From Mycobacteriales bacterium (GTDB lineage Bacteria > Actinomycetota > Actinomycetes > Mycobacteriales > SCTD01), in the NCBI GenBank assembly GCA_046262175.1, contig JBHENF010000071.1, positions 1-32,609 of the forward strand: DNA of 32,609 bases, in the 5' to 3' direction. A model generated the notes under the pieces. The model searched no databases. It saw only the letters and a program-made list of their open reading frames with translations, and was not told the DNA's origin. Shown here in pieces: positions 1-8,184 of the stretch (positions are counted from its first letter, which is position 1; the number at the start of each line of letters is the position of its first letter). The translations under genes and the position numbers were made by a program.

Positions 1-372
1 CTTGGCCGGAGCAGCCTTGGCCGCCGTGGCCTTCTTCGCCGGCGTGGCCTTGGCGGTGGCCCGGCTCGGCGTCGCCTTCGTGGCGGCCGCGACCTTCTTG
101 GCGCCGCTCACGGCGTCCTTGAAGCCCTGGCCGGCACGGAACTTCGGCACTGAGGTCTTCTTCAGCTTGACGGTGGCACCGGTAGCGGGATTGCGGGCGG
201 TACGGGCGGCGCGGTCCACCTTCTCGAAGACCCCGAAGCCCGTGATGGCGACTTTCTCGCCTGCGGTCACGGCGCGGGTGACGGCGTCCACGAACGCCTC
301 GACCGCCTTCGTCGCCGTCCTCTTGTCACCGACGCTGTCGGTGATGCGCTCGATCAGATCGGCCTTGTTCAA
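1..372 (-). CDS. hup: HU-family nucleoid-associated DNA-binding protein with Lys/Ala-rich C-terminal tail (3' end runs off the window)
   Basis: Not in the ORF track because there is no stop in the window. Minus-strand translation from TTG (372-370) reads MNKADLIERITDSVGDKRTATKAVEAFVDAVTRAVTAGEKVAITGFGVFEKVDRAARTARNPATGATVKLKKTSVPKFRAGQGFKDAV. This is followed by AKK/ATK-type repeats as in actinobacterial HupB/Hlp. A GGAAGGGA SD-like run lies about 7 nt upstream. hup downstream of leuCD is the usual actinobacterial synteny. Confidence 0.85.
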   Translation of the reverse strand, partial: MNKADLIERITDSVGDKRTATKAVEAFVDAVTRAVTAGEKVAITGFGVFEKVDRAARTARNPATGATVKLKKTSVPKFRAGQGFKDAVSGAKKVAAATKATPSRATAKATPAKKATAAKAAPAK

Positions 373-489
373 GGCGTGTCCCTTCCAGAACGGTCGAGGC
401 ACTGTGCCTCTCATAGCGGGAAGGTAAGGGTGGAAGACGCTCCGACAAAGCATCTGGAGCAGGAATCCTCCTTGTGTCGCAGGCTTTTT

Positions 490-729
490 TCAGCGGTCCG
501 ACGGGTCGCCGGCGGCCGTCCGCCCGTGGTCCAGGTCCTCGAGGAACGTCTCGAGCCGGGCCGCGGCTCGTTGCAGGTCATGCTTGGACGCATCGCTGAT
601 CGCGAGCAAACGCCTTGTGGCGCGGGCCTTTTCGTCTTTCGGGACGTCCAGTGACCGCACCCGCCGGTGCGCCTCGACCAGCTGCGCGGACAACCGCTCG
701 AACAGCTCGTCGGTCGGCTCGTCAGTCAC
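490..729 (-). CDS. Small hypothetical protein (79 aa, predicted helical, acidic N-terminus)
   Basis: In-frame GTG at 729-727 overlaps the leuD stop TGA (728-726) as GTGA. Product: VTDEPTDELFERLSAQLVEAHRRVRSLDVPKDEKARATRRLLAISDASKHDLQRAAARLETFLEDLDHGRTAAGDPSDR. The upstream part of the 490..834 track ORF is Arg-rich junk overlapping leuD. I recognise no family. Confidence 0.5.
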   Translation of the reverse strand: MTDEPTDELFERLSAQLVEAHRRVRSLDVPKDEKARATRRLLAISDASKHDLQRAAARLETFLEDLDHGRTAAGDPSDR

Positions 730-1313
730 CGCGCCGCCGGTAGCCAGCCGGGACGCGCTTGCTCGAAAACTCCGACGTCTTCGACGTGCCGCAACGTCAG
801 GCCGATATCGTCGAGCCCCTCCATGAGCCGCCACCGCGTGAACTCGTCGAGGTCGAACGTGGCGACGAGGTCCCCCGCCCGCAGCTCCCGGGCGGCCAGG
901 TCGACGGTCACCTCAGTCGTGGGATCGCCTTCCACCGCGGACATCAGGGCGTCGACGGTCTCCGCCGGCAGCTGCACCGGGAGCAGGCCGCCCTTGAGGG
1001 CGTTGCTCCGGAAGATGTCGGCGAACCGCGAGCTGACCACGGCCCGGAACCCGTGGTCCTGCAGGGCCCACACCGCGTGCTCGCGGGATGAGCCGGTCCC
1101 GAAGTTCGGTCCCGCCAGCAGCACGGTGGCGCCGACGTGCTCCGGCCGGTCGAGGACGAACGTCGGGTCCTCGCGCCACTCGCTGAACAGCCCGGCGCCG
1201 AAGCCGGTGCGCTCCACCCGCTTCAGCCAGTCACTGGGGATGATCTGGTCGGTGTCGACATCGCTGCGGCGCAACGGGACGGCGCGTCCGGTGTGGGTGC
1301 GGAACGGCTCCAC
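726..1313 (-). CDS. leuD: 3-isopropylmalate dehydratase small subunit
   Basis: 195-aa ORF with GTG start. Typical LeuD sequence (RSDVDTDQIIP..., GPNFGTGSSREHAVWAL). It starts 1 nt after the leuC stop. Confidence 0.95.
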   Translation of the reverse strand: MEPFRTHTGRAVPLRRSDVDTDQIIPSDWLKRVERTGFGAGLFSEWREDPTFVLDRPEHVGATVLLAGPNFGTGSSREHAVWALQDHGFRAVVSSRFADIFRSNALKGGLLPVQLPAETVDALMSAVEGDPTTEVTVDLAARELRAGDLVATFDLDEFTRWRLMEGLDDIGLTLRHVEDVGVFEQARPGWLPAAR

Positions 1314-1314
1314 G

Positions 1315-2712
1315 TCAGGTCTCCAGGTCGGTCGGTGCGGCCAGGTGGCCGAGGACGGCGGTGGCAGCAGCGACGCCGGGTGAGACGAGGTGGGTGCGAC
1401 CGCCGCGACCCTGGCGTCCTTCGAAGTTGCGGTTCGACGTGGAGGCGCTGCGCTCGCCGACAGACAGCGTGTCCGGGTTCATGCCCAGGCACATCGAGCA
1501 GCCGGCGTTGCGCCACTCGGCGCCTGCCTCGATGAAGACCTGGTCGAGCCCTTCCTTCTCTGCCTGCAGCTTCACCAGCATCGAGCCCGGCACGACGAGA
1601 GCGCGGACGCCGTCGGCGACCTTGCGGCCGCGCAGCACCTCTGCGGCGACGCGCAGGTCCTCCATGCGGCCGTTGGTGCACGAGCCGACGAAGACGGTGT
1701 CCACCTTCACGTCGCGCATCGGCGTGCCTGCCTCCAGGCCCATGTACTCGAGGGCGCGCTGAGCGGCTTCGCGTTCACTTGCACTTGCCATCGCCTGAGG
1801 GTCCGGGACGACCTCCGACAGGGCGACGCCCTGGGCCGGGTTGGTCCCCCAGGTGACGAAGGGCGCGACGGCAGCGGCGTCGAGGACGACCTCGCGGTCG
1901 AAGACCGCGTCGTCGTCGGTGCGCAGCGCGTTCCACGAGGCCACGGCGGCGTCCCAGTCCGCGCCCGCGGGGGCGTGCGGGCGGCCCTGCAGGTACGCGT
2001 ACGTCGTCTCGTCCGGAGCGATCATCCCGGCCCGGGCGCCCCACTCGATGGACATGTTGCAGACCGTCATCCGGCCCTCCATCGACAGCGCCCGGATCGC
2101 CTCGCCGCGGTACTCGACCACGTGGCCCTGCCCGCCGCCGGTGCCCACCTGCGCGATGAGCGCCAGGACGAGGTCCTTGGCGGTGGCGCCCGGCGGCAGC
2201 TGGCCCTCGACCGTGACGGCCATGGTCTTCGGGCGGACCAGCGGCAGCGTCTGGGTGGCCAGCACGTGCTCCACCTCGCTGGTGCCGATCCCGAAGGCGA
2301 GGGCGCCGAAAGCGCCGTGGGTGCTGGTGTGGCTGTCACCGCAGACGATCGTCATACCTGGCTGGGTGATGCCGAGCTGCGGCCCGATGACGTGCACGAT
2401 CCCCTGCCCGGCGTCTCCCATCGGCAGCAGGCGGATGCCGAACTCCTCGCAGTTGCGGCGCAGCGCCTCGACCTGCGCGCGACTGACCGGGTCGTCGATC
2501 GTCAGCACGTCGGTGGGGACGTTGTGGTCCTCGGTCGCAAGGGTGAGCTCGGGCCGCCGGACCGGCCGGCCGGCCAGGCGGAGCCCGTCGAAGGCCTGCG
2601 GGCTCGTGACCTCGTGCACCAGGTGCAGGTCGATGTAGACCAGGTCGGGCTCGCCCTCTGCCGCCCGCACGACGTGCGCGTCCCAGACCTTCTCGGCGAG
2701 CGTGCTCCCCAT
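1315..2712 (-). CDS. leuC: 3-isopropylmalate dehydratase large subunit
   Basis: True start taken as ATG 2712-2710 ([15 protein letters not shown]..., 465 aa), matching LeuC N-termini. An alternative ATG at 2736 adds 8 aa but lies inside the intergenic palindrome. Aconitase-family motifs are present ([31 protein letters not shown]). The 632-aa track ORF is an artefactual Arg/Pro-rich upstream extension. Confidence 0.95.
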   Translation of the reverse strand: MGSTLAEKVWDAHVVRAAEGEPDLVYIDLHLVHEVTSPQAFDGLRLAGRPVRRPELTLATEDHNVPTDVLTIDDPVSRAQVEALRRNCEEFGIRLLPMGDAGQGIVHVIGPQLGITQPGMTIVCGDSHTSTHGAFGALAFGIGTSEVEHVLATQTLPLVRPKTMAVTVEGQLPPGATAKDLVLALIAQVGTGGGQGHVVEYRGEAIRALSMEGRMTVCNMSIEWGARAGMIAPDETTYAYLQGRPHAPAGADWDAAVASWNALRTDDDAVFDREVVLDAAAVAPFVTWGTNPAQGVALSEVVPDPQAMASASEREAAQRALEYMGLEAGTPMRDVKVDTVFVGSCTNGRMEDLRVAAEVLRGRKVADGVRALVVPGSMLVKLQAEKEGLDQVFIEAGAEWRNAGCSMCLGMNPDTLSVGERSASTSNRNFEGRQGRGGRTHLVSPGVAAATAVLGHLAAPTDLET

Positions 2713-2733
2713 GGCGGTTCCCTCGGTCGTTGG

Positions 2734-2752
2734 CATCTCGCAGTGTGAGATG
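2734..2752. promoter_or_regulatory. Near-perfect 19-bp palindrome in the divergent leuC/IclR-regulator intergenic region (candidate operator)
   Basis: CATCTCGCAGTGTGAGATG: 8 of 9 arm positions are complementary around a central G. It sits between the leuC start (2712) and the regulator start (2766). IclR-type NdgR/LtbR regulators are known to act on this intergenic region. The exact site assignment is my inference. Confidence 0.4.
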
Positions 2753-2765
2753 CAAGTATCAGTAC

Positions 2766-3464
2766 GTGGAACACAGTAGCGGAGTCGGCGTCCTCGACAA
2801 GGGTCTTCTTGTGCTCGACGCGGTCGCGGGCGGTGCCGGGTCGCTGGCGGCGCTGACGGAGCGGACCGGCCTGAGCCGGGCCACGGCGCACCGGCTGGCT
2901 GTCGCGCTCGAGGTGCACCGGCTGCTCGCGCGCGACGGCGACGGCCGGTGGCGGATCGGGCCGAAGGCCGGCGAGCTCGCTGCCGGTGGGCCGGACCGGC
3001 TGCTCGCCGCTGCGGGACCGGTGCTCGCCCGGCTGCGCGACGCCACGGGCGAGAGCGCGCAGGTCTACCGGCGGGTGCGCGATCGCCGGCTGTGCGTCGC
3101 CGTGGCCGAGCGCCGCAGCGGCCTGCGCGACACGGTCCCGGTGGGCTCGGAGCTGCCTCTGACGGCCGGCTCGGCCGGCCAGGTGTTGCTCGCGTGGGCG
3201 CCGGACGACCCACTGCTCCGCTCGGCCGCCTTCACCGCTCGTACGCTCGCCGACGTCCGCCGGCGCGGCTGGGCGCAGTCCGCCGCCGAGCGCGAGCAGG
3301 GCGTCGCGTCGGTGTCGGCGCCTGTACGGGACCGTGACGGGTCGGTGGTGGCCGCCGTCAGCGTCTCGGGTCCGCTGGACCGGCTGACCCGCTCCCCCGG
3401 TCGGCTGCACGCGGCCGCGGTCCTGGCGGCCGCCGAGGAGCTCACCCGGATGACGTCGGCCTGA
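2766..3464 (+). CDS. ndgR: IclR-family transcriptional regulator of leucine/BCAA genes (NdgR/LtbR-like)
   Basis: Start taken as in-frame GTG 2766 ([20 protein letters not shown]...). HTH segment [23 protein letters not shown] and IclR effector-domain segment [25 protein letters not shown] are present. It is divergent from leuCD, as for Streptomyces NdgR and Corynebacterium LtbR. Confidence 0.9.
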   Translation: MEHSSGVGVLDKGLLVLDAVAGGAGSLAALTERTGLSRATAHRLAVALEVHRLLARDGDGRWRIGPKAGELAAGGPDRLLAAAGPVLARLRDATGESAQVYRRVRDRRLCVAVAERRSGLRDTVPVGSELPLTAGSAGQVLLAWAPDDPLLRSAAFTARTLADVRRRGWAQSAAEREQGVASVSAPVRDRDGSVVAAVSVSGPLDRLTRSPGRLHAAAVLAAAEELTRMTSA

Positions 3465-3572
3465 CCCGTACGGACTACTCCGACATGTCGGGCAGAACGG
3501 TCACATCGGACCATGGCGCACCGACCTCCGCAGTCACAGTGGACGCACGCCGCACCGCCGTTGGAGGCCCCC

Positions 3573-3758
3573 GTGCTGATGGTCGTTCGCACCGATGACA
3601 CGCCCGCCACCCTGGCGCCCCGCCGCGCGGCCCTGGCTGCCGAGGTCGCCGCGATCGCGAGCGCGCCCGTGCGGCACCTGCCGGCGGAGTTCCTGGCCGC
3701 GGTCGAGGGGCTGTTCCCCCAGCGCGTCGAGCCGCGCCTGAGCGCAGCCCGCTCCTAG
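3573..3758 (+). CDS. Small hypothetical ORF (61 aa)
   Basis: GTG 3573 is preceded by GGAGG (3563-3567) with a 5-nt spacer. Product: (M)LMVVRTDDTPATLAPRRAALAAEVAAIASAPVRHLPAEFLAAVEGLFPQRVEPRLSAARS. I recognise no family, and its stop overlaps the convergent gene's stop. This is weak evidence only. Confidence 0.35.
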   Translation: MLMVVRTDDTPATLAPRRAALAAEVAAIASAPVRHLPAEFLAAVEGLFPQRVEPRLSAARS

Positions 3759-5803
3759 TACACGAGCAGGCTGCGGGTGTTGCTGCGGCCAGGGGCGTTC
3801 GACAGGTCCTGACCGGTTCGGGCGACGAACCCGAACCGGCCGCTGCCGGTGAACGTCTTGCGGTACGCCCACTGCCCCGTGGTCGCGTCGGCCCGGGCCT
3901 GCGCCGCGAGCACCTCCGTGCCGTCAGCGGTCACCCGGTAGACCGTGACGATCAGCCCGCCGGGACGCGCCGGAACGCTGTCCCCGCTGAAGGTGTAGTC
4001 CCGGGTCCCGTTGCGAACCACGGCGATCGACAGCGTCGTCCGGACGTTCAGCACCACCGAGGCGCCTGCGGTGCAGCCACGCTGCTGGGCGTACAGCCGC
4101 GTGTTGGTCGCCGGGCGGATCGAGAAGGCGACGGTGCCGTCGCTCGTCACGGTCCCGGTGCGCACGAGGGCGTAGTCGCTCGCGGGCCGGCTGTACCCGT
4201 ACAGGTCAACGGTGCTGTTCTTGGCCGCGCTGACCACGACGTCGGCGAGCCCGGTCGCGTTGATGGTGTCGACCGGCAGGGACGTGATCGCGGTGGTGCA
4301 GGCGGGCCCGCGGGTGGGGCTGGGACTGGGGACCGGCGAGCCGTTGCCCTGCACGGTCAGTGTGCTGCTGTCCGTGCACCGCCCGCCGGGACTCTGGCAG
4401 GCAGTCGCCGCAGGGGTGCGCACTGCGACCGAGACGGCATCGGTGCCCTGCTCGGACGACGTCGTGACGACGGTGATGACGGCGGTGCCGCTCGCGTCCG
4501 TCGTCGCGCTCGACGTCGAGCTCCCGCCGCTGCCGAGGCTGCCGTTGACGATGCCGCCGGGTCCCGTCTCGCTGAAGCCGAGGCCGACGCCGGCGACGGG
4601 CACGCCGTTGTTGTCCGTCACCCGCGCCGTGAACTGCTGGCTCGTCCCGGCTGTGGCCGTCGCCGACTCCGGCGTCAGGTCCACGAAGCGGGCCGCCGAC
4701 ACAGGGGACGTCGTGGTCGCGCTGGCGGTGTCGTGCACCTCGCCCGGATCGAAACCGAGCGTCGGGTCGGCCGTGTGCGCCTTCGTCTGGTTGACCCAGA
4801 CGGTCAGCTGCTCCGTACCTGCCTTTGCCGTCGGAAACGTGCACGTGGCGATGCCGTCGTTGCCGCTGCGGGTGCAGGTCCCGCTGGTGCCGGCGGCGCT
4901 GCGGAGCAGGGGGATGACGCCGGCGACGCCGTCACCGCTCGCATTCGTCAGTCGGACGGCGAACGTGTGCGCGGCCCCGCCCTGCGGGGAGTACGACTGC
5001 TCGGGCGTGGCGACGAGGTTGACGATCGCGTCGGCCGCCTGCGGGGTGTCGGGCAGGCCGCCGGCGCTGAAGGAGACGTTCAGCGAGCGGGCGTAGTCGC
5101 CGCTGCTCTGCGTCTCGTCCCCGTCGGCGCTGCGGAAGACGTCGATGCGCGCACCCCCGGGGACGCGCCCGGCCACGCCGAACGTGACGGCGGTGCTGGC
5201 GCCGCTGCGCCCGTCGTACAGGTACACGGCCGTGTCCACGCCGCTCGGGTTGCTCGTCGCCGCGTCGGGCGTGTCAGCACCCGTCCCGGTGTCGGCGATG
5301 GAGGTCTTCGTCTTTGCCGTCGTGGCCGTGTCGGTGACGGTCGGGCCGGCGACGTAGAAGCGCTTGGCGGCGGTGCTGGTCAGGTAGTGCGGCGAGATGG
5401 CCGGCGTGCTGACCGCACCGGGGCGGCAGAAGTCGACGTCCTGCGCTGCGTCCGTGCTCGGTGTCTCGGTCAGGCGGATGACGACGGTGCCCGTGTCGGT
5501 GGCCGGACCGCCGAACGCGTCGACCGGCTGGACGGTGTACGTGAGGCACGCACCGGCCGCTCCCTGCGCGGGACCGCTGAGGCGGATGTCGCCCGTGGCT
5601 GCCGCGGAAGCGGGCGGAGTGATCAGCAGTGCGGCCCCCGTGGCCAATGCGGTGGCGGCAACGGCGAGGCGGCGGGACGACAGGCGCACGATGCGGCCCT
5701 TCGACGGGGGCGGGACGAGCGGACCGTAGCGACTGCCTGTGGCGGATGTGGCCTGTGTGACGTCATCGTGATCTGTCGGAGGTCGCGGGGAGGATGCCCG
5801 CAT
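3755..5803 (-). CDS. Secreted multi-domain protein with bacterial Ig-like (Big/invasin-type) repeats
   Basis: 682-aa ORF. A signal-like segment (SSRRLAVAATALATGAALLITPPASAAATG, possibly Tat-type RR) starts at residue ~40, so GTG 5689 (VRLSSRRL...) is a likely true start. At least three Ig-like modules are present, e.g. TATAGTSQQFTARVTDNNGVPVAGVGLGFSETGPGG...TDASGTAVITVV. There is a Pro/Ser linker (GSPVPSPSPT) and a C-terminal beta-rich region. Coding is confident; the product call is motif-based. Confidence 0.8.
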   Translation of the reverse strand: MRASSPRPPTDHDDVTQATSATGSRYGPLVPPPSKGRIVRLSSRRLAVAATALATGAALLITPPASAAATGDIRLSGPAQGAAGACLTYTVQPVDAFGGPATDTGTVVIRLTETPSTDAAQDVDFCRPGAVSTPAISPHYLTSTAAKRFYVAGPTVTDTATTAKTKTSIADTGTGADTPDAATSNPSGVDTAVYLYDGRSGASTAVTFGVAGRVPGGARIDVFRSADGDETQSSGDYARSLNVSFSAGGLPDTPQAADAIVNLVATPEQSYSPQGGAAHTFAVRLTNASGDGVAGVIPLLRSAAGTSGTCTRSGNDGIATCTFPTAKAGTEQLTVWVNQTKAHTADPTLGFDPGEVHDTASATTTSPVSAARFVDLTPESATATAGTSQQFTARVTDNNGVPVAGVGLGFSETGPGGIVNGSLGSGGSSTSSATTDASGTAVITVVTTSSEQGTDAVSVAVRTPAATACQSPGGRCTDSSTLTVQGNGSPVPSPSPTRGPACTTAITSLPVDTINATGLADVVVSAAKNSTVDLYGYSRPASDYALVRTGTVTSDGTVAFSIRPATNTRLYAQQRGCTAGASVVLNVRTTLSIAVVRNGTRDYTFSGDSVPARPGGLIVTVYRVTADGTEVLAAQARADATTGQWAYRKTFTGSGRFGFVARTGQDLSNAPGRSNTRSLLVY

Positions 5804-6503
5804 GTGCGACGTCGAGGGGTGCGGGAGGCCGCGATACGCGCGCGGGCTGTGCGGCCGGCACTACAAGCAGCAGCTCCGGCACGGGCAGGTGCAGCCGGAG
5901 AGCGAGCCGGCAGCCTGCTCCGTCGACGGGTGCGAGCGCGGGGCCGTCACGCGCGGTTGGTGCCACGGGCACTACCTGCGCTGGAGCCGTACGGGCGACG
6001 TCCGCCCGGAGGTGCCACTGACGCGGCCGGAGCGCGGCGCGTGCTCGGTCGACGACTGCGGGCGGCCACACGTCAGCGGCGGCCTGTGCGAGCCGCACCG
6101 CCAGCGCGTGCGGCTGACAGGCGAGCTGCAGCCCGAGCAGCCGCTGCGGCCCGCTCCGACGGGTGCGCACCACTCGCACGGGTACCGCCGGGTCGCGGTG
6201 CCGGCCGAGGACCGCTGGCTCGTGGACGGTGCGTCCGTGGCTCCCGAGCACCGCCTGGTGCTGGCCCGCCAGCTCCGGCGCCCGCTGCGTGCAGACGAGA
6301 GCGTGCACCACCGCAACGGCGTGCGCGACGACAACCGGCCGGAGAACCTGGAGCTCTGGTCGCGGTTCCAGCCGACCGGCGCACGGGTCGCGGACCTACT
6401 CGCGTACGCCTGGGAGCTGATCCATCGTCACGAGCCGGAGGCGGCGTTCATGCTTGGCCTGGACCTGGACCCGAGCACAGGACGACCCGGCTACACAATG
6501 TAG
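5802..6503 (+). CDS. HNH endonuclease with three N-terminal Cys/His-rich (zinc-ribbon-like) repeats
   Basis: ATG 5802 is preceded by GGGGAGGA 7 nt upstream. There are three repeats of C-x-V-[ED]-[GD]-C-x-R-x5-G-[LW]-C-x2-H (CDVEGCGRPRYARGLCGRHY, CSVDGCERGAVTRGWCHGHY, CSVDDCGRPHVSGGLCEPH). The C-terminal HNH core is EHRLVLARQL...VHHRNGVRDDNRPENLELW. Confidence 0.85.
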   Translation: MCDVEGCGRPRYARGLCGRHYKQQLRHGQVQPESEPAACSVDGCERGAVTRGWCHGHYLRWSRTGDVRPEVPLTRPERGACSVDDCGRPHVSGGLCEPHRQRVRLTGELQPEQPLRPAPTGAHHSHGYRRVAVPAEDRWLVDGASVAPEHRLVLARQLRRPLRADESVHHRNGVRDDNRPENLELWSRFQPTGARVADLLAYAWELIHRHEPEAAFMLGLDLDPSTGRPGYTM

Positions 6504-6508
6504 CCGGG
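6486..6508. terminator. Hairpin between the convergent HNH gene and tRNA-Glu (candidate bidirectional terminator)
   Basis: CCCGGCTA-cacaatg-TAGCCGGG: perfect 8-bp arms and a 7-nt loop. It spans the HNH stop codon TAG (6501-6503). There is no U-tract. Confidence 0.45.
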
Positions 6509-6521
6509 CCGTAACTCTGCG

Positions 6522-6594
6522 TACCCCCGATGGGATTCGAACCCACGCCGACGCCGTGAGAGGGCGCTATCCTAGGCCGCTAGACGACGGGGGC
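6522..6594 (-). tRNA. tRNA-Glu (anticodon CUC)
   Basis: Minus strand: GCCCCCGTCGTCTAGCGGCCTAGGATAGCGCCCTCTCACGGCGTCGGCGTGGGTTCGAATCCCATCGGGGGTA. It folds by hand into a cloverleaf: 7-bp acceptor stem, anticodon loop CU-CUC-AC, T-loop GGTTCGAATCC. 73 nt, CCA not encoded. Confidence 0.9.
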
Positions 6595-6639
6595 TTGCCT
6601 CGCGCTGTGCAGTTGTCCCAGTCGGAACCGGGCCGTGCG

Positions 6640-6711
6640 CTGGGGTACCTGGACTCGAACCAAGACTAACGGAACCAGAAACCGTCGGGCTGCCAATTAC
6701 CCCATACCCCA
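6640..6711 (-). tRNA. tRNA-Gln (anticodon CUG)
   Basis: Minus strand: TGGGGTATGGGGTAATTGGCAGCCCGACGGTTTCTGGTTCCGTTAGTCTTGGTTCGAGTCCAGGTACCCCAG. Acceptor UGGGGUA/UACCCCA, anticodon loop UU-CUG-GU, T-arm CTTGG-TTCGAGT-CCAGG. The gltX-tRNA-Gln-tRNA-Glu order is typical of actinobacteria. Confidence 0.9.
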
Positions 6712-6753
6712 TGGAGTTGCAGCCGCCAGCCTACCGGACCGCGACGACCGCTC

Positions 6754-8184
6754 TCAAACCGCGAGCGCCTGCGCAGCCTGCAGCCGAGCGAGCGTCCGCT
6801 CCTTACCCAGCAGGGCCATCGACTCCGGCAGGGGGGGCGCGATGGCCGCTCCGCAGACGGCGGCGCGCAGCGGCGCGTAGGCCTTGCCACGCTTGAGCCC
6901 GAGCCCGTTCTCGAGCAGCGCAGCGTCGATCGCGCCCTGCACGTGCTCGGTGTCCCAGACCTCCACCGGCTCCAGAGCAGCGGCCGCCGCGACCAGCACC
7001 GCCTTCTGCCCGGTCAGCGACTTCTCGGCCGCGGCCGGGTCGACGGCGAACCCCTCATCCACGAGGAAGCGCAGCAGCGGCGCCGCCTCGGTCAGCAGCG
7101 CGATCCGGGTCTGGATCAGCGGAACGGCCGCCGCCAGCACCTCTGGCGGCAGGTCCACCCCGCGAAGGTACGGCTGCAGCCGGCGGATCAGCTCGTCCTC
7201 GGGCAGCGCCCGCAGGTAGTGCCCGTTCAGCCACAGCAGCTTGTCGAGGTCGAACACCGGGCCGACCGTGTTGACCCGGCTCCAGTCGAACGACGCCGAC
7301 ATCTCCTCGAACGTGAACAGCTCGTCGCCCGATGGCAGCGAGTACCCGAGCAGGCCCAGGAAGTTGAGCAGCGCCTCGGGCAGGTAGCCCTGCTCGACGA
7401 ACCACGTCAGCCGCGCGGCGGGGTTCTTCCGCTTCGAGATCTTGCTCTTGTCGACGTTGCGCAGCAGCGGCATGTGCGCGAACTGCGGCCGCTCCCAGCC
7501 GAGCCAGTCGAACAGCAGCAGGTGCTTGGGCGTGGAGGAGATCCACTCCTCGCCGCGCACGACGTGCGTGATGCCCATCAGGTGGTCGTCGACGACGACG
7601 GCGAGGTGGTACGTCGGGTAGCCGTCGGCCTTGAGCAGCACCTGGTCGTCCGGCCGCGGCGCGGAGACCTCGCCGCGGATGAGGTCGACGAACTGCAGCG
7701 GCGCGTCGTCCGGCACCAGCATCCGCACCACGGGTGTCTCACTGAACCCGTCGAGCTCGGCCCGCTGCTCCCGCGTCAGGCCGACACACCGCCGGTCGTA
7801 GCCGGTCGGCTGCTTCGCCTTCTGCTGCGCCTCGCGCATCTCGGTGAGCCGCTCGGTCGAACACCAGCACTGGTACGCGTGCCCGTCCGCCAGCAGCTTC
7901 TCGACGTGCGGCCGGTACGTGTCGAGCCGCTCGCTCTGCCGGTACGGCGCGTACGGCCCGCCGCGGTCCGGCCCCTCGTCCCAGTCGAGTCCCACCCAGC
8001 GCAGCGTGTCGTACACCTGCTGCTCGCTGTCCTCACGGAACCGCGCCCGGTCGGTGTCCTCGACCCGCAGCACGAACTGGCCGCCCTGCTGGCGCGCGAA
8101 GGCGAGGTTGAACAGCGACATGTACGCCGTGCCGACATGCGGATCCCCGGTCGGCGACGGCGCCACGCGCACCCGCACCGTCAT
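6754..8184 (-). CDS. gltX: Glutamyl-tRNA synthetase
   Basis: True start ATG 8184 (MTVRVRVAPSPTGDPHVGTAYMSLFN...; 476 aa) overlaps the upstream gene's TGA as ATGA. HIGH-type (PTGDPHVGTA) and KMSKS-type (KISKRK) motifs are present. The 49-aa upstream extension in the track ORF is an artefact. Confidence 0.95.
   Translation of the reverse strand: MTVRVRVAPSPTGDPHVGTAYMSLFNLAFARQQGGQFVLRVEDTDRARFREDSEQQVYDTLRWVGLDWDEGPDRGGPYAPYRQSERLDTYRPHVEKLLADGHAYQCWCSTERLTEMREAQQKAKQPTGYDRRCVGLTREQRAELDGFSETPVVRMLVPDDAPLQFVDLIRGEVSAPRPDDQVLLKADGYPTYHLAVVVDDHLMGITHVVRGEEWISSTPKHLLLFDWLGWERPQFAHMPLLRNVDKSKISKRKNPAARLTWFVEQGYLPEALLNFLGLLGYSLPSGDELFTFEEMSASFDWSRVNTVGPVFDLDKLLWLNGHYLRALPEDELIRRLQPYLRGVDLPPEVLAAAVPLIQTRIALLTEAAPLLRFLVDEGFAVDPAAAEKSLTGQKAVLVAAAAALEPVEVWDTEHVQGAIDAALLENGLGLKRGKAYAPLRAAVCGAAIAPPLPESMALLGKERTLARLQAAQALAV

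Noticed and set aside
2-427. 141-aa plus-strand ORF at the window start
   Set aside because: It is the antisense frame of the clearly recognisable HU gene (MNKADLIERI... on the minus strand).
2713-3213. Upstream extension of leuC, plus analogous extensions of gltX (8185-8331), serA (24314-25465), leuB (18586-20169), the esterase (16016-16306), the amidase (21851-21976) and ilvB (30061-30114)
   Set aside because: The extensions are Arg/Pro/Ala-rich and overlap neighbouring real genes or leader structures. They precede internal starts that match the canonical N-termini of each family.
6504-6753. Integrated mobile element targeting the tRNA-Glu/tRNA-Gln locus
   Set aside because: No integrase, excisionase or transposase ORF is present in the window. 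I could not spot a direct repeat of either tRNA 3' end in 3465-6521. I kept it only as a low-key 'variable insert' finding, not as a mobile_element feature.
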